This document shows positions 11,301-19,990 of a DNA stretch of 64,000 bases, in pieces. Position 1 is the first letter of the stretch. Every line of letters begins with the position of its first letter. The translations under genes were made by a program, and so were the position numbers. This DNA comes from a phage. The DNA lies in sequence record OZ346151.1; one strand, 5' to 3'. Below the pieces are notes generated by a model. That model made no database searches. It had not been told where the DNA came from and was given only the letters and a program-made list of their open reading frames with translations.

Positions 11301-13949
11301 ACATCCATGTCCATGCAAATTCCGGTAACAAACGGATACAAACGTGTTGTGATGATCATTAAGTGCGACCTGATAGGTAAACAAGTTCTTGCAGAAAACG
11401 GGACATCCACACATCCTTTTGAGATCGCTCTGCACTATCAGTTTGCTGACTCACCTTTTGCAGGGGATAAGAGAATATCTGATACAGACGCACAGCGTTG
11501 TAAGAAAGTATTGTTGGGTGCAGGTTGGTGGTGGTATGAGTTTGATTTAACAGACAAATTCACCGACACGTCTAAAGTTGTAACAGGACTTCGTCTAGAC
11601 CTTGGCGAGAACATGCACAAAGCTGTTTGTGATGGCACCTATGGTGACCCTACAATATACCTAAAATATGTTTCTTTTGAGCATCCGGAAGATGTTGTCT
11701 ACGGTCCAAAACTGAGATTGTTTGGCAGCTGGATTGCAAAAGATAGGGTAGGCATGGGTAAGAAGGTAAGAGGGTTCTTGGTTGATGCAGGAACAGAAGA
11801 CATGCTGGTTAATGCAGTATGGCCTGAATTACCTGGGACTCAGTGGGACAACTCAGCCAAATCTATAAACTGGTTTAACATTCATAGGGCCATGTGGACC
11901 ACTAACTGCTACTTGTGGAGAGAGCTTAACGATCAGGCCTTTGGATTCAGCGAGGGTAGAAGGATGGCGATCATTTGCTGGACAACACTGCAAAGATGTT
12001 ATGACCATGACTATGAGATTGGGGGCAGGGCATGGAAAAATATCAGGGATAGAATCATAACCAATTTTGCAGACGACAACGGTGGTGGAGCACATAACTT
12101 TGGCACAAGCCGACTCATCCATTTGAACGGATCCTCAGCCTACAAGAAAGAAGGTTACTCTGGGTCTATGATCGAGCGGGGTCTGGTGAAAGATGCTCGC
12201 GTATTGATGGGCCAGCAACTTGCTGCCGCAGTAGGTCCCAGCGCAGTGCAGTCGGTTAAACCAGCGTGGTTCGATATTCCATTGTGGTCACCCGGAACAC
12301 CGGGAACTGCTGCAATCAACCCTACCACTGGGGATCTGGAAATCTCCTGGGAAGACCTGAAGCAGGTCGGTGGTTGGGACAAAACAGGGTATCAGGTTCA
12401 ATGGTGGAGGGCTGACGGATCTTTAGCCGCTGATGAGTTTGTTAAGGACAATTTCTACACTATGTCCTCTGCAAAAGCACAGCAATTATTTGGTCAGGCA
12501 ACTCCGTCAACGATCACCATGTCTATGTGCTGTAAAGACAACAGGACTGGAGCTTTGGGGCCAAGGGTTGCTAAAGTTTTCTCAGGTATTAAATGGAATC
12601 TACCTGTCCAAAGTATTTCATGGAAGCAAATAGGTGATAACAAGCTGCTGGTTACCCCTGCCTGTCAGTTCAACGCAACTCTTAACGTTGATCCTGCTGT
12701 TGCGGCAAACTCAGCTAAAGCTTCTGACTTCTCTGTGTCTAACACTGCTATGGCAGATGTGAGGAAGATTGACACGCTGAACGCCAGAATTACCTGTAAA
12801 AACACTTATGGCACATTCCAAATCATCAACAACTTCACAGATGCTGATTCTAAGGTAGTGAGGACAGCAAGCCAGACTCTGAGTTTAGGAACTCTGGCCT
12901 ATGCGGCCCTGATCACCGAACAGTCGGCAACACTCCAAGGAGGTGGTGTAGGCAAGTCCATTACAACACCTGTGTGGAAGCCAAATGAGTGGGTTGTGTT
13001 TGATTTGACTGTGGACTTCTCCAGCGATAATAACTGGACATGGGTAAGGAATTGTTTGTCACAGTTGATGGGCGGTCCAAGCTCCGTTAGTGATAGTCAC
13101 GACTCTACTGACCCGAGTGTGTTCCAGGTAGGTAAAACTCACCCAGAGACTGGAGAAACGTTGCCTGACAGGAAGTATGCTTTGGTTTGCATCTCTTACG
13201 GGAAGGCAGATGTCGCCTTCTCAGGGACACACACTTATAACGGAACCTACAACTTCTCAAGGAAGTATAGTCTCAAAGCAGGGAACATTATAGACGAGGT
13301 TGGTGCGCTGTATAATCCGGGCAACGGCATAGGGATTGTTGGTGGTAAACTGCAGATGCAGGAACCTTCTATTACCCCTTCCAACGTATCCGGGATTAGA
13401 AAGACTTGGGAAAGTAGTAATACCAACATTGCAACAGTGGATGCCACCACAGGACTGGTAACATTTAAAGCTACTGGGAATGTCACCATAAAGTTTGTAG
13501 TTACTGATGATGTAGGGCGCAAAACGTCTTCAACATCTTTTACTGTCAAACAGATGGCACCACAGTGGAGAATGTGGATAGGTACAGCAACAAACGGGGC
13601 ATACCCTAATCCGTCAGGTACTTCTGGTATGAAGACTTTCTCTACAAGCAAACCGATGGAGTACGGCAGCGGTCCTAAGGTAGGGCAGATGGTGTACTTT
13701 GGTGCGTATATTCCTGAAATTATAGGGCTTCCTAGAAGTCAGCTTCAGTTGCTGTTTGGGGCTGGTGTTGACGATCTTGCCACTTTCGGGTATAGCGACA
13801 ACATCGAGGCTGCAAGGAGTTCAGGATGGGTAGGGTTCAGAATGGAGTCTGGAAAGGAAGGCAGGATTCTAGGGACAGCCTCTATAGGTGTTATGTTCCC
13901 TGGTGACCAGCAGTATCGTCTAGAAGCCTACGCAACCTTTTCTCGTTAA
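8313..13949 (+). CDS. giant virion-associated protein (1878 aa) with Big_2-type Ig-like domain; probable fibre, spike or host-specificity protein
   Basis: 5.6 kb uninterrupted ORF with GGAGAA RBS; C-terminal segment ATVDATTGLVTFKATGNVTIKFVVTDDVGRK matches the Big_2 pattern; follows fibre genes. Confidence 0.6.
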   Translation: MLPIPLLKLGRHFLDKRGGIKELAVLSYPIDNSDGTSNTVSYVNSLAILFDDGQLNITGYNKFGECRTGDRSPINYPSETAWNVDHVWRADRAFVIRTFDNQFFYIGCTAGLIGSTAAGGNDVCVNEWTPLPEQIVKGLHLDTHPERLIEVMGGINNTVWVIAEAEGTGILNLYGSGNNTYGSLHVDKNQHATPVKIGETSENPETGPWKNPSINCEVHDNSVIFGGPRGFWIAGYDFLRNNSRNDLVWPPVQITRNDLRGIPADEEWKGFMCGPNGAVIATQRMHRPDDQQLVNVFYGQNIWGDDTWRELNITYTHEVMMARGYGTSGIFFNNGTKQYRGFSRNLCNDIGAQSANNSPRADFIHYQALATAKYVEQRLPVSWTESVYFQGIHREGFLGTFTVVNGKLWWSGIPRGSFTGSNNLFGGRLNSQGFTEVPENWYKNVPVDSWGVDDIFDVNGVSSVSNIYIGDTVKMKLKPQPEGATFIIDKIELVNAAGTVVTDANYQFSTNWNHGGANEVVVTQYNRNVNRRGLYSVKITYHDKHGTGRTHTTRTLNWNTIVPAYPSNGKWHTVGRNKQFHVNDTVYFGLNGTQPAVEGDTSYMVRLHRMDAGSVTYDVTQEIYDQRRATYDNIVKTQALWEFNPNGKGGKMLQVNEQNGTSLTVHEHPDPWPDPGKPHPGARTLKIVSHDAGYFGIRWEATVRYVDGTTNNIGITLGGTSEDSSLKIAYTPRGISIDNMDVVRNGYGDVNVKVTLGEHLGGERIIMYAFDHDPRTNGTYANQAWSYLINAPEPNTKEFYYGMKRDVCKKTGTHDWIAICVKDERTAWDEPVNRWFIGIPTRSDKYVAEYIVCMGGTNLNMCWNEDVNKYSDYDYMRDYSCNLWFNQTTGYPPRQARVNPAIFTDTQVFLTKQANEVQTFKNKYDPNKWFYNCYGAFFWGPGELPGGGSCLNEATYASDYIMGQVKKYKIIPGPETLGNAVDPYIIMTALRSNMDGTSMSMQIPVTNGYKRVVMIIKCDLIGKQVLAENGTSTHPFEIALHYQFADSPFAGDKRISDTDAQRCKKVLLGAGWWWYEFDLTDKFTDTSKVVTGLRLDLGENMHKAVCDGTYGDPTIYLKYVSFEHPEDVVYGPKLRLFGSWIAKDRVGMGKKVRGFLVDAGTEDMLVNAVWPELPGTQWDNSAKSINWFNIHRAMWTTNCYLWRELNDQAFGFSEGRRMAIICWTTLQRCYDHDYEIGGRAWKNIRDRIITNFADDNGGGAHNFGTSRLIHLNGSSAYKKEGYSGSMIERGLVKDARVLMGQQLAAAVGPSAVQSVKPAWFDIPLWSPGTPGTAAINPTTGDLEISWEDLKQVGGWDKTGYQVQWWRADGSLAADEFVKDNFYTMSSAKAQQLFGQATPSTITMSMCCKDNRTGALGPRVAKVFSGIKWNLPVQSISWKQIGDNKLLVTPACQFNATLNVDPAVAANSAKASDFSVSNTAMADVRKIDTLNARITCKNTYGTFQIINNFTDADSKVVRTASQTLSLGTLAYAALITEQSATLQGGGVGKSITTPVWKPNEWVVFDLTVDFSSDNNWTWVRNCLSQLMGGPSSVSDSHDSTDPSVFQVGKTHPETGETLPDRKYALVCISYGKADVAFSGTHTYNGTYNFSRKYSLKAGNIIDEVGALYNPGNGIGIVGGKLQMQEPSITPSNVSGIRKTWESSNTNIATVDATTGLVTFKATGNVTIKFVVTDDVGRKTSSTSFTVKQMAPQWRMWIGTATNGAYPNPSGTSGMKTFSTSKPMEYGSGPKVGQMVYFGAYIPEIIGLPRSQLQLLFGAGVDDLATFGYSDNIEAARSSGWVGFRMESGKEGRILGTASIGVMFPGDQQYRLEAYATFSR

Positions 13950-13962
13950 CAAGGGGATAAAT

Positions 13963-13993
13963 AAAAAGGGGCCAAACGGCCCCTTTCTTTTTA
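13963..13993. terminator. bidirectional rho-independent terminator between convergent transcription units
   Basis: AAAAA-GGGGCC-aaac-GGCCCC-TTTCTTTTT hairpin flanked by A-tract and T-tract. Confidence 0.7.
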
Positions 13994-13996
13994 TAG

Positions 13997-14197
13997 TTAG
14001 TAATACTCCCAACATGCCCCATCTTCAGACGGCTTGACGCGCTTACCTTTATGGTCAACATAGGTATAGCCACAACCTTCACAAATAACAGGTGCTGCAT
14101 AGCCTTCCTTCCACTGATCCTCAGTGATCAGACCTTCCAAATCTTTGCAGTCAAAGCCAAACAACTCTTCAGAGCAATCTTTACAAAAATCAGCCAT
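13997..14197 (-). CDS. small Cys-rich zinc-ribbon-like protein (66 aa)
   Basis: ATG with GAGGA RBS; two CxxC pairs (CKDC ... CEGC). Confidence 0.5.
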   Translation of the reverse strand: MADFCKDCSEELFGFDCKDLEGLITEDQWKEGYAAPVICEGCGYTYVDHKGKRVKPSEDGACWEYY

Positions 14198-14200
14198 TTC

Positions 14201-14608
14201 TCAGTCCTCGCATTTAACAAATTTTTCTATAGATCCACCAAGCACAGCTTGTTGTTTGATGGCACTTTCTTCATCATAGTGGATAGACTTATGTTCCGTA
14301 CCTCCAAACTTACCTGTGTGGAAGGTGTGCACCCAAATCTCTTTAGGAAGGGATTTATTCTCTTCCTCCACCAACTCCCACATACCCCACAAGTGATCTG
14401 TGATATCTCTGATGAAATATCCCTCGCCGAGGTTTGTATTCACACTGTAAGCTGATTCGTGATCTCCGCAAATATAACGGAAGGCAGTGTACTCTTTACC
14501 TGGTGTGAAGTGAGTATCCATTAGTATGGCTGTTAAAGAATAAGGGTCTCGAAAGCCCAAGAACTTTAGTTTAACAATTTCGACATTTACATCTGCAAGA
14601 TTATCCAT
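14201..14608 (-). CDS. hypothetical protein (about 136 aa from ATG)
   Basis: ATG preceded by GAGGAG; function unknown. Confidence 0.45.
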   Translation of the reverse strand: MDNLADVNVEIVKLKFLGFRDPYSLTAILMDTHFTPGKEYTAFRYICGDHESAYSVNTNLGEGYFIRDITDHLWGMWELVEEENKSLPKEIWVHTFHTGKFGGTEHKSIHYDEESAIKQQAVLGGSIEKFVKCED

Positions 14609-14769
14609 GACGATCTCCTCTGTTTGGTTGGTGAGAATTATATATAGATCTGGTGGTGGCGTCAAGCTTAATTTTAAGAGATCTGAGAGGGTATTTTATT
14701 CAGGAAGGCAATCGCACAGGGTGGAGAAATTTATGAAGGCACAGGCCTCGTTTGAGGCCTTAAATTCTA

Positions 14770-15150
14770 TTATGACACTTTGACATAGCGCTCTGACAAA
14801 GCTGGGAAGCCAAAAGTAGTGCCTATACTACCATAGGCTATCCACCATTGGAGTTCATCGTGACACCATTTTCCGATCAGGAAGGTGCTGGGATAGCGGG
14901 TCAGTATTTTGGCATAAGCTTTAGGATCTGCATCTTCTGGGATAATGATGCTTGGAATATCTTTGTTATGACCACAGCAGCAGTTTAGCGTTTTCAAACC
15001 TGCTGCCCACAAACTCATGATAGGCTTAGCCATACACTTATCAAGGCACACACGTTTTTTGCCGTCACGAAGATTTTTAGGCACATCAACGATAACATTT
15101 GGATGCTTGGCACCTTTTACTTTCCAATTATAGGATTTACACTTGCACAT
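14770..15150 (-). CDS. Cys-rich hypothetical protein (126 aa)
   Basis: ATG with GGAG RBS; multiple Cys clusters (CKC, CLDKC, CCCGH). Confidence 0.45.
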   Translation of the reverse strand: MCKCKSYNWKVKGAKHPNVIVDVPKNLRDGKKRVCLDKCMAKPIMSLWAAGLKTLNCCCGHNKDIPSIIIPEDADPKAYAKILTRYPSTFLIGKWCHDELQWWIAYGSIGTTFGFPALSERYVKVS

Positions 15151-15376
15151 TTAATCAGTCTCCGTCTAGAAAGCCGCACTATACGTTTTTGAGGTATACT
15201 TTACTTAAAGTCTTTATCACCTGCCACGATTGCATGAATCCACTCATTGTGATGCTCAATAGCGGTGAGATGTAACATGATGTAGTGATCGTCATTGCCA
15301 AACATGATATGATAGGCTTTGGCAGCATTTTGATATAACTTCCACATCAGGTAATGATATCTTCGCCTCATGGCTC

Positions 15377-15841
15377 TTACTCCGGTTCAGGATCTGGGTA
15401 ATCTTCAATAATAAAGGGCCATCCGTTCCGCTTAGCCTCAGACTTATACTCAATCTCCTTCATTGCAAACTCTAACTGATTCTTAGCCGGAATACATGCC
15501 GGAGAATCATCAATCCAGATATCTGGGTAGATATCAAACTGCGCCAGGTAGGCTGCCTTCTGAACACCACCTGTGTAGAACACACCAACATCGAGCTCCT
15601 TGCGCCAATACTCAATGTCTACATTGTCTTGAGTAATGAATCGGAAAGTCACAAGGTAGACTGTCCACCCCTCCTTCTTCAGATCCCTGATCAGGCGGGA
15701 GAAGATGAAAGGGCTCGCATTAAACGTTCCATCAAAGTCGATGGCAATGATGTGCGTGCCGTGGCGAGTCTCATATGGATTGCTCGTGGTAAGATTGCTG
15801 TAATTAAAAGGGACTTCTTCCCCGCAGTAGCTGTAGTCCAT
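15377..15841 (-). CDS. HAD-superfamily phosphatase (nucleotidase or polynucleotide-phosphatase-like)
   Basis: HAD motif I IAIDFDGT (DxDGT) and motif IV IWIDDSP; ATG start abuts upstream stop (TGAatATG). Confidence 0.6.
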   Translation of the reverse strand: MDYSYCGEEVPFNYSNLTTSNPYETRHGTHIIAIDFDGTFNASPFIFSRLIRDLKKEGWTVYLVTFRFITQDNVDIEYWRKELDVGVFYTGGVQKAAYLAQFDIYPDIWIDDSPACIPAKNQLEFAMKEIEYKSEAKRNGWPFIIEDYPDPEPE

Positions 15842-15843
15842 AT

Positions 15844-16119
15844 TCACACCTTCTCGTTGATAAATTTACGGGCGGTTTGGTGAGTTGTTTCTGCTGTCTT
15901 CAGAATGATATTAATTTTATCGTCAAGATCATTCATCTCGGCAGTTAATTCAGGAATCTCTCCGGCATGCATGGTGAAATCATACATAGACATGCCCAAG
16001 ATCTCATTGATGCGGCGGTTGCATTCTGCAGCACGCTGGTTCATTTTCCAAGCTAACACCAAAGCCTCCTGCGTAGCCTCTAGTGCAAAATCTAATACGT
16101 CGGCCTCTTCTTTCGTCAT
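15844..16119 (-). CDS. hypothetical protein (91 aa)
   Basis: ATG with AGGAGAG RBS. Confidence 0.45.
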   Translation of the reverse strand: MTKEEADVLDFALEATQEALVLAWKMNQRAAECNRRINEILGMSMYDFTMHAGEIPELTAEMNDLDDKINIILKTAETTHQTARKFINEKV

Positions 16120-16176
16120 CTTAGTCTCTCCTGTTGTATTGTTGGTAGGTGTATGAATACCTTATAACTCACCTTT

Positions 16177-16743
16177 TTATTCAAACTGCAATAGTAAGTC
16201 CACCACCGCGCTAGGTCTGTCAACAAATTCCCCAGGTCCACATGCCCACAGAGGGTATCCGTCTACATACCGCCAAATCCAACCTGCAGTGTGGAGTTCG
16301 AGCAGGGCAGTACCGTCCTTACTGTCAACCACTCTTTCCCACAGTGTCGGGCAGCGAAGCTTGAGGATCGGATCCCCTCCCTTATACCCATCCATGTAGA
16401 TACCCATTGCAAAGTTCAGCATCATCTTTTTGTGCACTGATCTTTTACTGAGGGTACTCATCACTTCCTCTTTGTGAATGTTTGTAAGCTTCTCCTTGGC
16501 TACCCGCAGATCGTTGCAACCATTGTTCAGCAGATCTTCCAGACACTTGATCCGAAGGTCGTGAATGTCTTTGTCGTGTACCGTTGGCACAGGGTCGTAG
16601 CGGTATAGCACTGTTGATACAAGGTTGCTCGGGTGTGGGTCTGACAGCAACCCATAACCCCAATACTCTTCTGTATCTGAAAGGACAAGACACCCAATGT
16701 CTCTGTCAAGCTTTCCTGTGTTGTAAGCCACATTGACCGCCAT
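16177..16743 (-). CDS. hypothetical protein (188 aa)
   Basis: ATG start in compact leftward operon; no motif recognised. Confidence 0.45.
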   Translation of the reverse strand: MAVNVAYNTGKLDRDIGCLVLSDTEEYWGYGLLSDPHPSNLVSTVLYRYDPVPTVHDKDIHDLRIKCLEDLLNNGCNDLRVAKEKLTNIHKEEVMSTLSKRSVHKKMMLNFAMGIYMDGYKGGDPILKLRCPTLWERVVDSKDGTALLELHTAGWIWRYVDGYPLWACGPGEFVDRPSAVVDLLLQFE

Positions 16744-16745
16744 GA

Positions 16746-16991
16746 CTATAGCTCCACTAGCAAAGTGCTTTCAAAGTGACGTTCATGCAGACCGTTGTAA
16801 GGGACCACTTCCACAACGCCATCACGGACATATGGGGCCATCATGGTGGTATAATCTCCAAACGGGTTGGTATTGTCACTAACCACAACCACCTTCTGCC
16901 CTTCCTTGGCAGAGTGCCAAATAGATCTGCACTTCATCAGGTGTTCGAGAGCCCCAGGTAAAATTTTGTTACGTTCTTTACGGGTCTTCAT
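16746..16991 (-). CDS. hypothetical protein (81 aa)
   Basis: Tightly packed with neighbours, 2-nt intergenic gap. Confidence 0.4.
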   Translation of the reverse strand: MKTRKERNKILPGALEHLMKCRSIWHSAKEGQKVVVVSDNTNPFGDYTTMMAPYVRDGVVEVVPYNGLHERHFESTLLVEL

Positions 16992-17437
16992 AACAGGTAT
17001 AGCTCCTTATGAAAGTGATCTTTTAATTTCTCACTGAGAAACTTCTTGATACCTTCCTCTAAAGTGTTTTCGATGTAGTCCAGCTTAACTGCTTCGATGG
17101 ACATATCATAGATCGCCAGCTCTAAGCTGTCAAGTCCCATCATAGCATGAACCATAAGATTTTCATCTTCAGATACATTCAGGGGACTTCCTATAACATC
17201 TGGAGGCAGAATAGTTTCCCAATTATTCTGGGTGGTAGTTCTCCCTCCCTCTACTTTACGGCGCAGTTCGAATGTGTTCTTAGTGTAGAACACTTCATAA
17301 GAAACGATACGACTGTCGCTCTCGTAATAAACGAAGTTCAGGTAGGAGCCTAGCCGCAGTCGGCAAACTTCTACCCCAAACCATTGTTTCTTATAAGAAT
17401 TCAGGCTAATGCTGTCGCATTCACGTTTGCTCAACAC
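16988..17437 (-). CDS. hypothetical protein (149 aa)
   Basis: Overlaps downstream gene by 4 nt. Confidence 0.45.
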   Translation of the reverse strand: MLSKRECDSISLNSYKKQWFGVEVCRLRLGSYLNFVYYESDSRIVSYEVFYTKNTFELRRKVEGGRTTTQNNWETILPPDVIGSPLNVSEDENLMVHAMMGLDSLELAIYDMSIEAVKLDYIENTLEEGIKKFLSEKLKDHFHKELYLL

Positions 17438-17453
17438 GGCTCTCTCCTTTTTG

Positions 17454-17690
17454 TTAATCTTCGTAAATCAGGATTTCTGCTTTAGGTTTTCGTGCTTTCA
17501 TGTCCAGCTCTATCCAGTGCACCATAGCTGTTTCAAGAAAAACAGCCTGGATGCATCCGTCCTCAGCAGCGTGTCCTAGCAGCATAACAAGATCTTCTCC
17601 TTCGTCATCTGCACCACGAACATACAGAATCTCCCCGGGTTCAAAATCTTTAACAACCTGATTGTTGGATAATTTACGAATTTTCGCCAT
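17454..17690 (-). CDS. small protein, member of tandem paralogue family (78 aa)
   Basis: Shares size and FxPGxxV ... I(L/I)xE C-terminal pattern with the three genes upstream. Confidence 0.45.
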   Translation of the reverse strand: MAKIRKLSNNQVVKDFEPGEILYVRGADDEGEDLVMLLGHAAEDGCIQAVFLETAMVHWIELDMKARKPKAEILIYED

Positions 17691-17691
17691 A

Positions 17692-17955
17692 TTAGAAACC
17701 CTCTAAAAAGCTCTTGTAGAAAATAATTTCAGTATCTACACCAGTCACGATCTTATCGTTCCTGATTTCATCTGTAAGGTAGGTGTCAAAACGCAGAACC
17801 TGTGTGGTGTTGTCACACATCCACTCAGCTGTGACCATTGCGAAAATCTTAGCATCTTCATTATCTGGTGTGAATGTTACCACCTCACCGCACTTAAACT
17901 TTTCGATAGGCTGAGTGTTAGCTTTCGGTTCTGCGATAGTGATTTTTGTGGTCAT
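17692..17955 (-). CDS. small protein, tandem paralogue family (87 aa)
   Basis: Same length class as neighbours; FKCGEVV motif. Confidence 0.45.
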   Translation of the reverse strand: MTTKITIAEPKANTQPIEKFKCGEVVTFTPDNEDAKIFAMVTAEWMCDNTTQVLRFDTYLTDEIRNDKIVTGVDTEIIFYKSFLEGF

Positions 17956-18218
17956 TATTCTCCTCCTTCTTTTGAATAGCTTGTCTCTCCAAGGATGGTA
18001 ATTTTGGTGTCAAGCTCTGTAACTTTCATGTTTGGCGGCAGATCGTACAACTCATTATTTTCTAAATCGAACCCCCACACACAATGTTCTCCTGTTTTGA
18101 CAATCATAACTATGTTTTGAATGCCGTCTCCGTCGCAACTTACCACAGTCCCACACGGAAAGCTGTCTGCACGCTTTTTGTTCTTCACCTTAGAATTGAA
18201 TACAATGCTGGTAGCCAT
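17955..18218 (-). CDS. small protein, tandem paralogue family (87 aa)
   Basis: MAT N-terminus, K-rich segment, PCGTVV, FDL and I-x-I-L-G-E shared with 18218..18481. Confidence 0.5.
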   Translation of the reverse strand: MATSIVFNSKVKNKKRADSFPCGTVVSCDGDGIQNIVMIVKTGEHCVWGFDLENNELYDLPPNMKVTELDTKITILGETSYSKEGGE

Positions 18219-18481
18219 TATTGTTCCTCCACCATAACTTCGCCAATAATTTCTATGCAGGCATCCATTTCTGTAACAACCAAACTGTGAGGTAGTTCTA
18301 CAAACACCTTTCTGAACAGGTCAAATACCCCAACATATATGTTTGCAGGATGTGATTTTACAACAAGTGCTGTATTCACATCCCCAAGTTCATCAACAAA
18401 CATCACCACAGTGCCTGGAGCTACTGAGGACAGATACTTCTTAGTTTTACGGTTTGATGCAAATTTTAACTCTGTTGCCAT
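18218..18481 (-). CDS. small protein, tandem paralogue family (87 aa)
   Basis: MAT N-terminus, PGTVV, FDL, IEIIGE; clear paralogue of 17955..18218. Confidence 0.5.
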   Translation of the reverse strand: MATELKFASNRKTKKYLSSVAPGTVVMFVDELGDVNTALVVKSHPANIYVGVFDLFRKVFVELPHSLVVTEMDACIEIIGEVMVEEQ

Positions 18482-18496
18482 AAATAACCTCCTCTC

Positions 18497-19978
18497 TTAC
18501 TTAGCGTACTCGATTAATTCCACAGTTTTACCAAAGCTCGGGATATAATTTTTATTATACCCCTCAGTGAGGACCCATAGAGTATCGTACTTTTTCCACT
18601 TGTTGTCAACAACCTTTTGTTCAAAGTTATGCTCAAAGTATAGGTCGGTCAGGACGATGACATCTTTTGCATTAGGTATGTTGGCATCCAGATACTCGAA
18701 CACGCAAGCAGCTGTTGTGCCCCATGTTGAGTGGACCTCATAGTTGATCATCTCGTCTATGTTGCCGCGAGTGTATACTTTAACCTCTCCAACCTCAGTT
18801 GACCAACAGAACATTGTAACCTTAAACTCTTTATACAGATTGCACAATCCGGTGATTTCATTGAACATTTTCTTTAAAGTTCTTTGAGAGATCGAGCCAG
18901 AAACGTCTAAAGCCACCACAATATCTATAGTGTTTTCCGGATTACGACCAGGAACAATAACGTGCTGGTTCTTGTTTATAGCCCCAACTTTTCGCATTGT
19001 GCTGGTCAAAGACCCAGATCGGCGACCAGGTTTTCTGTAGGTCAGTTCGGCCTTTCTTTTAGACAACATACGTTGCTTAATGATGTCTATATAGTTGATT
19101 ACAGGCTTACCTCTGTTCTTGACAAACTCACGCACCGCCTCAGGGCAACGGCCTCCGGACGCTTGCATTGCTGCCTCCAGCATATCACCAGAGTCCTGCA
19201 TGGCCTGATCTTTATCAGATTGGCTGATTACAGGTTGTGGCTGATCATACCCCATAGCCTTTCCAAGATTATCACTGGTGCCACCGTTCCCACTCATGTG
19301 ATCATCGGTTTGTCGCTTATCACTTTGAGAGTTCTCACCTTTACCGTTCTTACTTTTACCGTTATTCTGATCTCTTTGCTTATCAAGAACTGCATAAACG
19401 TTCTCAGCAATCCATCCATGAAACTTCATGTCGCAGTAGCAGCTGGCTAAGAAGCCAAAAGGCTTACCTTTCATGAACGTAGTGCTTTTCCCCTTCGGGA
19501 AGAAAACACAAGGGGGTTTGCTAAAGTCAACCACAAGGCCTGTGTTGATAACGTGATCACAAGCAATATTGAACAGTTCCGGCTCAAAGCTTTTACCACG
19601 GACTAGGTGATCACAGATAATATGCCCCACCTCATGTGACAGAAGGAAGGCCACCTCTTTCACAGATTTTGGGGAATAGAAAACTTCAGCCATCTCAAAC
19701 TGCTCGTCAGTTAGAGAAGCCTTAAGAATAGCCTTGCGCTCATCAGCCAATCCCATAATGAACTCAGGACTGTAATAGATGCGTTTATGGTCGGTTGCCA
19801 TGGTGGAGCACCATGTGTGGTTTTCTACGAACTGCAACCCTGACAGTAGTGTGCCATAAAACGGCAGCTTTTCAAGGAGATACATACGTGCAGCCTGCAA
19901 CATTCTCAGGGCATCATCTTTCTGCGAGGCAATGATTTCTGAACTTCTGCTATCCATTAAAACTCCAGAAGGGGCCAT
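18497..19978 (-). CDS. VWA-domain protein with N-terminal HExxH metallopeptidase-like domain (DUF2201-like architecture)
   Basis: HEVGH zinc-binding motif in LLSHEVGHIICDHL; C-terminal VWA MIDAS motif IVVALDVSGSI (DxSGS). Confidence 0.65.
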   Translation of the reverse strand: MAPSGVLMDSRSSEIIASQKDDALRMLQAARMYLLEKLPFYGTLLSGLQFVENHTWCSTMATDHKRIYYSPEFIMGLADERKAILKASLTDEQFEMAEVFYSPKSVKEVAFLLSHEVGHIICDHLVRGKSFEPELFNIACDHVINTGLVVDFSKPPCVFFPKGKSTTFMKGKPFGFLASCYCDMKFHGWIAENVYAVLDKQRDQNNGKSKNGKGENSQSDKRQTDDHMSGNGGTSDNLGKAMGYDQPQPVISQSDKDQAMQDSGDMLEAAMQASGGRCPEAVREFVKNRGKPVINYIDIIKQRMLSKRKAELTYRKPGRRSGSLTSTMRKVGAINKNQHVIVPGRNPENTIDIVVALDVSGSISQRTLKKMFNEITGLCNLYKEFKVTMFCWSTEVGEVKVYTRGNIDEMINYEVHSTWGTTAACVFEYLDANIPNAKDVIVLTDLYFEHNFEQKVVDNKWKKYDTLWVLTEGYNKNYIPSFGKTVELIEYAK

Positions 19979-19990
19979 CGGCCCCTGTCA

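Noticed and set aside
8448-13651. Multiple - strand ORFs (up to 271 aa) antisense to the 1878-aa gene
   Set aside because: They lie entirely within the long + strand ORF, lack RBS and are typical shadow ORFs.
18962-19450. 162-aa + strand ORF antisense to the VWA gene
   Set aside because: Shadow ORF inside a well-supported - strand gene with clear domain motifs.
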